In this document: positions 46,501 to 56,700 of the stretch, piece by piece
How the letters are laid out: every line of letters begins with the position of its first letter
Numbering within the stretch: the first letter of the stretch is position 1
Origin: Heteronotia binoei
Lineage: Eukaryota
NCBI RefSeq assembly: GCF_032191835.1
Contig: NC_083232.1
Location: forward strand, 682,001 to 746,000
Direction: 5' to 3'
Length of the DNA stretch: 64,000 bases
The notes under the pieces: generated by a model
The model's input: only the letters and a program-made list of their open reading frames with translations
Told to the model about the DNA's origin: nothing
Database searches by the model: none
Made by a program: the position numbers and the translations under genes

Positions 46501-47364
46501 CCTGCCTGGGAACTTCTTACTGGTTGCCTCCAATTTAAGGGGGCAGTTCTCTTGTGTCCTTTGTTTGGCTCGAGCCACAGGGGTTCTGGAGGGGCAGCAG
46601 GGCAGACCTGCTCCCTCCCCCCTCCCCGATTCAGATTGCACCTGCCAAGGAGCCTGTCCCATGGCAGGGGGGACTGGGTGCAGGGCTGCCTCCTGCCCTG
46701 AGTTGATTCCCAGCTGTGTGAGAGAGAGAGAGAGAGAAGGTGGCAGGTGAAGCAGCTGCTTTCTTGGGGAGGGGGCTTCTGTGGAAAGGGACAGCTAAAA
46801 GGCCCTCTGGACCCCTGGGCCGGGCCAGGCCATGCGTGGGTGTGAGGGGGAGGGGCAGCAGCCAGAGGCCATCTTGCCACCCCTGGCCCTCCTGCAGGAC
46901 TGGCTGCTCAGCAGAGAGGAGGGCCTCGCAGGGGGCGCTTGGTTGGGGCAGCAAAGGAACGGTCTGGGGGGCTGTGCTCCAAGGGGGGGGTCGCTGGCCA
47001 GCAGCCAGCTGCTGTGTGTTCCTGTCTCCAGGCTCCTCGCCTTCCTGCCATCTGGTGCGTGAGTGAGTCACAGTGAATGGTGGCTCTGAGCTGCTTCTTT
47101 CTCCACTGAGATTCTTGCCCGAAGCGCTCAGGTGACCCACTGCCCCCCATGCCATGACTGGAGCCCCCTCCCCTCAGGGAGGAGAGAACAGATGGGGGGG
47201 TTGGCAGGATTCTGCCGTGTGGCCAGTGCTCCCCCTGTCTGAAATGGGGTGCCCATTCCCTATTGTGAGGAGTTATGCACTCCCTTCCCCAGACACGGGG
47301 CACTCCACGCATCCTCCACAGCACTGTCATCAGGATCCATTCTGGTGGGCAGCCATGTGGGTCT

Positions 47365-48850
47365 AGAAGAATTGAACTGGAAGGGGCCACACAGGCCATC
47401 TAGTCCAACCCCCTGCTCAGTGTGGGATCACAGTGGCCCCCAACCTTTTTGGCACCAGGGACCGGTTTTGTGGAAGACAGTTTTTCCACAGGCCAGAAGG
47501 GAGGGGGGTGGTTTTGGGATGATACAGCTGTGCACTTCATTTCTATTACTACATTGTAATATATAGTGCAATAATGATACAACTCATGGCCTGGTTGCTA
47601 AGAGGCCCCGGACCGGTACTGGTCCACAGCCCGGGAGTTGGGGACCCCTGGCCTAGAGTATCCCTGACTAGGGTTGGTCCAGCCGCTGCTTCAAGAGTGC
47701 CGGGGAGGGGGTGCTCCCCACCTCCCCAGGGAACCGATTCCACTGCTGAACAACTCGTGACTCTCAAAAAGTTTTTCCTAATATCCAGCTGCTACCTTCC
47801 CACCTTAATTTAAACCCCTTCTTGCGAGTCCTTTCCTTTGCTGCCCACAGGACAGCTCCCTGCCCTCCCCTGTGCAAGCACCAGGCCTTTCCGACTCTGG
47901 GGTGACGTTGCTTTCACAACGTTTTGTGGCAGCCTTTCAAATCCTTCAAGAGACCAATCCTGTCCCCCCCCCCCCACAAAAAAAACCCCCTCCTTGTCAA
48001 GCATGCAATTTTCAACAGAACCAGTCCTTGAATTGAAACAAAGTATGGTTTATTGATAATCCATGTGGCTCTACTGAAAGGGGTATTGCAACTGATACAA
48101 AGTAACGGTAGAATGCATGCTTAAATATGGCACATCAAAGGTTCTCTAAACATTGCTACACATTCTAAACAAGCCTCTATTCACTGAAAGTTCACACAGT
48201 AACTTCCTTATCTCCCCTGTGGTTATTCTTCCCGGGCCCAGGACTAGCCTGGGAAACTGTCCCTGGAGGCGTTATCTTCAAAGAGCAAATTCCTGCATTT
48301 GCTAGTGAAAGCGAGGCGCGAAAGCTCTGCCTCTACATTTCTACTTTGATGTGCCCAGGTTTAATTTAGAGTTAGTAACAGGTCTATAATATATTGGTTG
48401 TTTTCATACAATAAAAGAGAGGTTAAACAATGCTTGACACTCCCGTTCTCCAGACTAAACATTCCCAAGTCCCTCTGCCTTTCCTCCTGGGGCTTCTTGG
48501 TCATCCTGGACTCTCTCCTCTGCACCCACTCCATTCTGTCCACCTTCTTGAAGTGAGGCCTCCAGAACTGCACTCAAGACTGACCAGTGCGGCCTGACCA
48601 ATGCAGTGTATGGCAGAACTAGGACATCTTGCAGTTTGACTGATATGCCTCTGTTGATACATCCCAAGATCACAGTAGCCTTTTTTGCTGCTGCATCACA
48701 CTGGCTGCTCATATTTAACTTATGGCCCACCCTTACCCCAAGATCTTGTTCACGCACACTGCTTCCCACAAGTGTATCCCCCGCCCAGTGTGTGTGTGTC
48801 TCTTTTTTGTGAACCCAGATGGCACTTAGCTTTGCTAAACTGCAGAGGAA
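47365..48850 (-). mobile_element. Fragmented CR1 RT and 3' end with nested insertions
   Basis: Peptides EQDLGVRVGHKLNMSSQCDAAAKKA..ILGCINRGI and QFWRPHFKKVDRMEWVQRR; CR1 tail at 47365-47430. Confidence 0.75.
47431..47650 (-). mobile_element. hAT-Charlie non-autonomous element resembling MER1A/Charlie3 ends
   Basis: CAGTGGCCCCCAACCTTTTTGGCACCAGGGACCGGTTTTGTGGAAGACAGTTTTTCCAC ... GGACCGGTACTGGTCCACAGCCCGGGAGTTGGGGACCCCTG. Confidence 0.65.
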
Positions 48851-51040
48851 GGTGTGAGTCCAGGGCATCCGAATGACCCACAAAGTTTAATTCTGGACAC
48901 AAGTTTCTTTGAAGTGTGCACATGCACACCAAAGCTTGTTATACCCAGAATGCAACTTTGTGGGTCTTCAGGATTCCGGGCTGGACTCAGGTTTCATTCT
49001 GACATTATCCTCGGGGAGTTGGTGGCCTACAGACTGGCAACTGGGGGAGATGACGAAGGGGGAGTGGAGACCACAGTCCACCTGCTGCCCGGTCATGCCG
49101 GGACATGGGGGAGGGGCTGCAGTGGTCTTGCTGCACAGAAAAGATGCCCTCTTTGCTGCTGGGGCAGGGGTGGGGAATTCTTGGCCTGGGGGGTGGGGTG
49201 GGGAGAGAAGAGGACAATGTTTTGCGTCTTAGACCTGAGGCCTTGGAAGGGGTCACTTTGAGGGCTGCTAACAAGTGCCCAGGAGGCTCCTGTCTGCCTG
49301 CCTGAAGGTGGGGGGGGGAGGATCCCAGGAGCAAGTTCTCTCCCCACCCTTGCTGCTGCTGCCCCTCCTCCAGCCACCTCCCTCTTGCTTCCAGGGCTCT
49401 CCTTGAGGGAGGGGCCATGCCCATTCTGTAACTGGGAAGACTGGACTGAGGAGGAGAGCATGTTGCATCCCCCCCCCCTTCCAACATCACAGTTTTGAAA
49501 GCAGATTTCTTTCTAGAAATCTGTCCTGGTTTGGGGCGTGGGGTGTCTCTATCTTGTCCTCCTCAGCCCCCAAGCGCCAGCACTTCTGCAGCCCTCCCAT
49601 CCCATGCTGCCCTTTCTGTCCTAGAGGTGAGTCGGTGCTGGAGGCAAAGTAACACCTTCTGGAGCCAAGTGGGAGGGAAGGCATGTCTCTGCAGTGCCCC
49701 AGGCCCTCCGGGCAGGCGGGCGGGTTGGCCTTGTTTGCCAGGAGGAAGGAGCCGCCCGTGCCAGGTGCACAGAAGAGCTTGTAGGGCTGCAACTGACTGA
49801 CGGGGGGAGGCAGAGTGCCGAGAGCAGTCCCTGGGCCTAATGGGGAGGGGCAGGACGGGGCACCTTTCCCAGGTGCTGGAGGTGTTTGGAGCCAGGCCAG
49901 GAGGCGGCTGGGGGCTGAGCAGGCTCCTGGGGCAGTCATGGAAGTTGCTCTCAGAAGGCTAGAGAGACCGGGGCCCAGGAGGACTAGCATCTCCCCTTGG
50001 GCCTGGAGGTCCGGGCCTTCCCCCACGGCTGCCCCCTGGCCCTGGGCTTCAGAGAGTGGCGGCTTCCCTTTCGCCAGCAGCCTTTGAGAGACCTCTGCTC
50101 CATGCCTCTCGTTTGTTAACTGTCTGGTGTACAAAACATCCATTCCCCCCATCTTCTTTAAAGCCTTCCAGAAAGCTGGTTCTGTGTGAGGCTGCCCTGA
50201 AAGCCCCCAGCAGTGCCTGGGCCTCTTGCCTCCTCCAAGGCATAGCTGGGGACCCTGCAGAAGCCCTCCAAGGCAGGCTGGGAGGCTGATGGCGGCCTGC
50301 CTGCCTGCTTTCTGGACCCTACAGGGCTTGGGCACCTTTGGGCAAGCCCCACCTGGCCAGGGGAAGAGGCAGCTTGTGCAGAACACATGGCAGCAGTTGA
50401 GGCTGCTCAGAATGGGCCAGGCCTTGCTTTGCATTTCTGTGCCTTCTCTGAGTCTGCTGGGGCCTCCGTGCCTTGCTGAGTGGCTGCAGCCCCAGCGCTG
50501 GAGCAGGGCAGAGGAGGACTCTTACAGGGAAGCACTTGAGGGGGGAAGGAGCACCTCTGAGCCGCCACAGCACCCCTCGAGGCTCCTGCATGCAGGGGGA
50601 AGGTGTAGCGGGGCTCAGGGGGCCACGTGTGCTGGAGGAGGGAAGCTGGCGGGTGTCTTCCAAAGAAGAAAACCTGGCCCAGGCGGCGAGCGTCAAGGTG
50701 TCCTGGGTTCTTTCTTCCAGCCTGGGTGTCCCCCACAACTGCTCAGGAGCCGGACTGCAGAATGGAGGCCGGCGTGGGCATCTGGGAAGCGGCAGGTGAG
50801 CGTTGCCAGTGGCCTAGGTCTAGAGAGATGCGGGCCAAGGACTTTGGAATCTGACCAGAGGCCTGGGGTTGGGCGGGGGAGGTCAAGAATCTGGTTAGAG
50901 GTCAACCCTCTGTGGGACCCTTCTGGAATGAGTGGCAGCCGGCAGCCATAGAGGAGGTCGGAGGGTGCTGGGCTGGTGGGGAGGAAGTGTGTGTTCCTCG
51001 CTGGAGGCGGGGGGGGGCGCTGTTCAAGTTCACTGTTGGC

Positions 51041-51043
<3 letters not shown>

Positions 51044-51078
<35 letters not shown>
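51044..51078. repeat. (GA)n microsatellite
   Basis: Uninterrupted GA dinucleotide run. Confidence 0.95.
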
Positions 51079-51079
<1 letters not shown>

Positions 51080-52934
51080 CTCTTGCCGCTTCTCTTCCTG
51101 GATTGCGCTTTCTCTTGATGCCTGGAGCCCGGAGAAGGGCCTGCATTCCAGGAGCTCCCTCCAGAGCTCGTGAGAACGCCGTGGGCCATGATACTGGGCT
51201 GGCTCACAGGGCTGCTGGCAGGATCTCAACCGGGTCACACGTGGGAAACCCTGTGATCCCAGAATGGACCGCTCCCACGTGGTGGGAACTCCCTCCCGCT
51301 TCCTGATCATCCTGCGATCTCCTTGACGTGCAGCCCAGCTCTGCTGTCTGCCCTCCTGCTTTCTGCTGGGCCTCTATCCAGCGAGGAGGCTCTGCTGCCA
51401 GTCCTGGTCTGCATGTCCTCCGTGGGGCGCTCTTCTGCGTGGCCCCTCAGCCCCACTCCATCCTGCTTTTGGGCTTGCTTTGCAGCCCACTTTTTGCTCT
51501 CTCTGGCTTCTTTCTGCCCTGAAGGCAGGGACCAGGCCTCTTCCCTTGTGTCTTGTGTGTGTGTGAGAGAGAGAGAGCACAGACTGTGGGTTTTCACCCA
51601 GGCCACTGAGCTTAGCAGGTAAGAAGACCTGCCTTTGTCTGGCTGCCTGTCTGGAGCAGAGAGCCCGAAGAAGCAACAGCGAGGGGGTGGGGAGCTCTGC
51701 CAGGTCTTCTGCTGCATTGCACCCGGGCAGGTTGGGGGACCTGCTCTTCCTGGGGTGGGCTGGAGGTTCCTGGGGGCATCTCTGCAGTGCCAAAGCCTCC
51801 TCCCCCCAGTGCAAAATCTCTGCTCCTCATCCCCAGGCTGTGAAGGCACCAGCTTGCCAGCTGTTCCCCTGCAGGACTCTTTGGTGCCCCCCGGAGCCTG
51901 GCACGGCCTGTGCACCTGGCAGTGTTGGCACCAGAGGGTCTTGGAGCACCTGGAGCAGGAGAGGGCCCCCGGCAGCCCCTCGCGGATCGCTCAGGTGAGC
52001 AGATGGAACTGGAGGTGGGGGGGAGGCGGGATGCTGAAGCAAGCTTTGGAGAAGGGGAGGGCATAAGCAGGAAAGAAGCTGCTGCGGCTGGCTGTGCTCC
52101 TGTGTGCCACTGCAAGTGCCGCTTCACAGGACCCCTCCTGGCTCTGACTGGCTGCACAAACAGAGGCACAAGTCAGCTCAGGGGCGTGGCCAGGAAAGCC
52201 CTTCCAGGTGTCTTCGCTTTCTGTTTCCTGGAGTGATGGAGCCCCTCTTCTCTGCAGGTCTGCCCCCTTCACTGGCTCAGCTCAAAGGGCTGCGAAATCC
52301 CCTTTCTGGGAGGGGGAGCCTCTGCAGGCCTTGCCGGGACCAGAGCTCCTGCCCTCACTGGGGGGGCTGCCTGGCGATGCTGCCAGCTCGGCAGGGGTTC
52401 TGTCTTCAGCTGGTGCCCTCGCCTGGCACAGGGACGTTACAGAGTGCACCTCTTCCCTTTTGCCAGCCGCTGGCCTCTTTGCTGGTTGGGCACTGGCAGG
52501 TGGACGTAGCCCCCTCCCCAAGCTTCTGCTGCTGCAAATCTCTGCATTGGAGAAGCCCCCCAGTGCTGATGGGTGTGCTGGCTGTTTCTGGGCCTGGCCT
52601 CCCCTCCCCAAAACACACACGAACCCCAAGGGCAGTTTACGGCAGCCAGAAGGAAGCCTGAGAGCCGATCAGAGCAACTTGGTGTGCTCCGAAATGTCTC
52701 TGAAGGCTGCCTGCCTGGCTTCCAAGGGGGGCAGTAAAACTTCCCATGGTAAGCTGAGCGGGTGGGCTGCTGCCATCAGTGGGTGGGGAGGAAGCACAGC
52801 AGTTCCCCTCCCCTTTCTTCCCTGCCGGGGTTATATAGTCTCTCTCTCAGTCTGCCCACATCTCACCCCTCTGGAGGCCAATGAGGACTCTTGCAGGGAC
52901 TTCTGCTGCTGTTAGAGATGCCTGCAGAAGCAGA

Positions 52935-53635
52935 TAGATAAATTTATTGTCATTGTTCTCAACAAAAAGAGAGCAACGAAATGAGGTGCTCTTCCACAAA
53001 ACATACCAACACATCAAACACACATATCCATATTCATACCATTTAAATACATCTAAAACCATTTAAACCATTAAAACCATTTAAATACATCTAAAACAGA
53101 TAAACATTCATAAAACCATTTAAACCATTTAAATATATCTAAAACAGATAATCCTTCATAACCCTGCATTTAGCTAACCACAGCACTTGGATAGAAACTG
53201 TCCTTAAATCTATTTGTCCTAGCCTTCAACACTCTATATCGTCTACCTGACGGTAAGATCTCAAATAGCAAATGGCCCAGATGTGAAGGGTCCCTTAGGA
53301 TCATTTGTATCTTCCTTTTACATCCCATATTATACAGATCCACCAATGAGGGGAGAGAACATCCACAAATCTTTTGTGCTCTTCTCGTCACTCTTTGGAG
53401 CACCCTTCTCTCTGCTTCCGTGCAGCTCCCAAACCACGCGCAGAGGCAATAAGATAAAATGCTCTCAATGGAACTACGATAAAAGGCGACCAGCAGACTC
53501 CCTGACAGTTGTAGTGATCTTAAGAGTCTTAAGTAGTATAGTCCTTTTTCTCGTTGCTGTCGCCTTTTTCTCTAGAGCTAAAGTATTTGCCCCCCATGTT
53601 AGATCCTGTTTCATGGTAATTCCCAGAAAGGCCAG
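52935..53635 (-). mobile_element. Rex1/Babar-type LINE 3' fragment
   Basis: LQRVTRRAQKICGCSLPSLVDLY...RDPSHLGHLLFEILPSGRRYRVLKARTNRFKDSFYP; [16 protein letters not shown]. Confidence 0.7.
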
Positions 53636-53664
53636 TGCTGAATGCGAGATGCCTTGTTTTTCAG

Positions 53665-53785
53665 GTGACCTTTGAGGACGTGGCAGTCTATTTCTCCCCA
53701 GAGGAGTGGGCAGAGCTGACGGCATGGCAGAAGGCCCTGTACTGGGAGGTGATGAAGGAGAACCACACCCTGGTGGCCTCTCTCG
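53665..53785 (+). CDS. KRAB-A box exon
   Basis: ttttcag|[41 protein letters not shown]|gtaagg; typical phase 0-1 KRAB-A exon. Confidence 0.92.
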
Positions 53786-56700
53786 GTAAGGGGCCGAGGG
53801 CTGCATCGTCCAGGGCAGGGGGGCTCTCCGAGAGGGCGGGGCGGAACTGCAGAGGCGCTGTGGCCCGTGGTGCTGGGGGAGCACCTGGCTTGGGCACCCG
53901 CAGGGCCACTAAGGGAGGTGTTTGGGCCAGGGCAGAGTGGTTCCTGGCTGAGCAGGAGGGCCGAGGCTTGAGTTCTCCTCCTGCTCTTCCCTTGGGTGGA
54001 CACCCCCCCGCCCCCTCGCAGGGCCTTGCCTTCTCTCCCACCCTCAGGTCAGTCTTCTGTGTTCTTTCCTCTGACCAGTGTCTGCACCTGACAGCCAGCC
54101 CGAGGCCCTGTGCCGGATCGCATGTGGGGAGGCCCCCCCCTCTGAGAACCCGCTCGGGGGGGAGAGGGAAGCCGCTCCCCGGGACCCCAACCCGGGTGAG
54201 TGATGCTGGGTGGTCCCTCATTGCGTTGAGAGGCATGGGGTGGGTGCTCTGTCTGCTGGAATGCGGCCCCCAAGGCTTCCCCTCTGTGCCGGAGGAGGGG
54301 GGGGTGCAGGGAACCCCTGCCTCTGGGCTAGCTGCTCTGCAGAGCCAGGAACACCCCCCCCTTTTTCACTCCCATCCTGCCTTCCTTGATGTGATGAATG
54401 CAACGTATGAGTAAGCAAATCACAGCGACTGGGGGATGGCAGGACAGAGGAGCCTATCAGAAAGTCCGGCAAAGCAAAAGGCTCGTCTGTGGCCACCCCC
54501 TCCCCTCCCCAGGTGGCAACGCAGAACGCCCGGCCTGGAGAAAGAGCAGAGATGCTCTTGCACAAAATTATGATGTTGAGAAATACGATCTTCCCAGAGC
54601 TCTTGCAAAGAGAGAGTGGGTGAAAGAGAGCTGATTGTACCAGTTTCTTGTGCCTCGTCTGGTCCAGCTTTGCCTGTCCTGGGGGTGGGGGCAGCATTTG
54701 CACACACGCATGCAGCCCACCCACCCCCACCCCAGACCTCCCTGCCAGAACACAGAAGCTGATGGGGCCTCCAAAGAGAGAGGCAGACAGGGGAGGCAGT
54801 GGCCAGAGGGCAGTGAGGTGTGGAAAGTGGACACACACGGTTGAGAAATCCCCCTGGGCGGGGAAATCAGCTGCCTCATCTGGTTGGAAGAGGCCCTCTC
54901 AGTTCTCTCCCCTGCTTCGTCTCTTGCTGCCCCTCCAGCTGTGGAAAGCTGGCAACAGAGTGCTGGAGGACCAAAGGGCTGGTGGACCAGAGCGGTTGCG
55001 CTTTTAGGGTTTAGCTCAGTTGTAGCATCCATATCAAACAATGGCGTGTATTTGCTTCAGACAAGCGCACATCTGTTTGACTTAACTGGTTGTCTGGCAT
55101 GGGGGCGCTGGTGCTTGTAAGCAGTTCCGCGTGTCTAGCAAAGGGTGCTCAGGCCTGGCTCTGAACTGCAGCTTTCCAGGGTGGGGGAGTGCTTAAGCCA
55201 TTACAGTCAGAACAACTTGAAAGTGTCTTAGGCATCATAAAGATCTCTCTCAGGATGGAGGCTGGTAGGCATTGAGTTGGTGGCAGGGAGGGCGGCTTTC
55301 AGCTCAACCCAGGGAGCCCCTCTGGGCTGAGCAGGGTCAACCCTGAACTGTCTGGCCCCCTTCTGGCGCACCCCCCCCCCACGGATAACATCACCGAGTC
55401 ACATGGAGGGTGCCCAGTTTGGCGCCCCCAGAAGGCCAGCACCCAAGAACACTCCCCTCCCCCCCCCGGCCATCCTTCCCCCTTCGCCAGGGCTCGCTTC
55501 TCCCCCAGCCTGGAGCACAAGGGCTGGTGCTGAGTGGGGCTTCCCTCCCTCCTGCAGGAGCTGGGACAGACGGCCCCTCTTCTTGGGTCAGACCAGCTGC
55601 CAGGGACGCCTCCCAGCCGGAAGGAGAGCAAGCGGGCAGGAAGAGTGACTCAGAAGAAGCGGGGCTGGAAACCCCCACTGCCCCCAGCCCCGGTGAGTGA
55701 CCCTTGGGGTTTGTGGCGAGGCGGGCCCCAGAGTCCCCAGGCTCCTCTTCTGGGGGGGGCAGAGCTGCCACTCAGGCATGCAGAGTAGGGAAGGCAGCCC
55801 CCTCCCTGCTAGCTGCCCCCCCCCCCAATTCCAGTGTGGCTGCGGCTCTGGATCACCAGGCTGAAGCCCACATGGGGGGGGTGCTAGGAAGGGGGGACAC
55901 CAGAACTCTTTGGGAAGAAGAGCTCAGCAGAGACAGCTGGGGGGGGGGGCTGCTGCTGACACATGAAGGGAGTCTTCCAACTGGGGCAGAGAGGACAGTG
56001 GGAGGGGGTCAGATCCTGGAGCCTGTGGGGCCCAGAGGGCTTGAGGTGGGGCAGGGGCCAGCAGGTCATCTCTGGGGTTCAGCTGAGGCTTCCTCTGGAG
56101 CGCCTGGAAGTGGAGAGGGAGGAGGCTCTTTCTGGCTGCAGGCTCCCCCGGGGCCTCCTGATTTGCCTCTTCTCTGGCTCCTCCCCCCGCAGGCCCCAAT
56201 CTCTGCATTAAGGTGGAAGAGGAGCCCCCCCACGACTGCCGGGAGTGTGGCCGGAGCTTCCCCGAGAGGGACGTGCTCATCTCCCACTTTGGCGAGCGAG
56301 CCCTGCCCTGCCCCGAGGGCGGGAAGTCGCTGGGCAGTCCCGGGAGCCTGGCCGCCCACCGGAAGGCTCCCCGCCAGGAGCAGTGCCTCTTCACCTGCGT
56401 CGCCTGCAAGGGCAGCTTCGTCTACGAGGAGCAGGAGGCCGGGCGGATCCGTGCGCAGCTGGCCCTGGGGGAGCTCTTCAAGTGCTTCAGCTGCAGCTGC
56501 CACATCCCCCTCGCCCTGGACCAGAAGGGGGACGTGCTCCACGGCTCCCTGCCCTTTGGGCAGCCAGACAGCATGTACTACAGGTGCGGAGGGGACTGCA
56601 CGGGAGTGGAGTCGGGCTGGGCTGCAGGAGTCCACAGGGAATCGTGCAGGTGTAGAGTTGGAAGGGACCTCCAGGGTCATCTAGTCCAACCCCCTGCACG

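Noticed and set aside
49487-50434. 315-aa minus-strand ORF and similar ORFs at 46-52 kb
   Set aside because: Non-ATG starts, GC-rich low-complexity translation, no recognisable domain or splice-consistent model.
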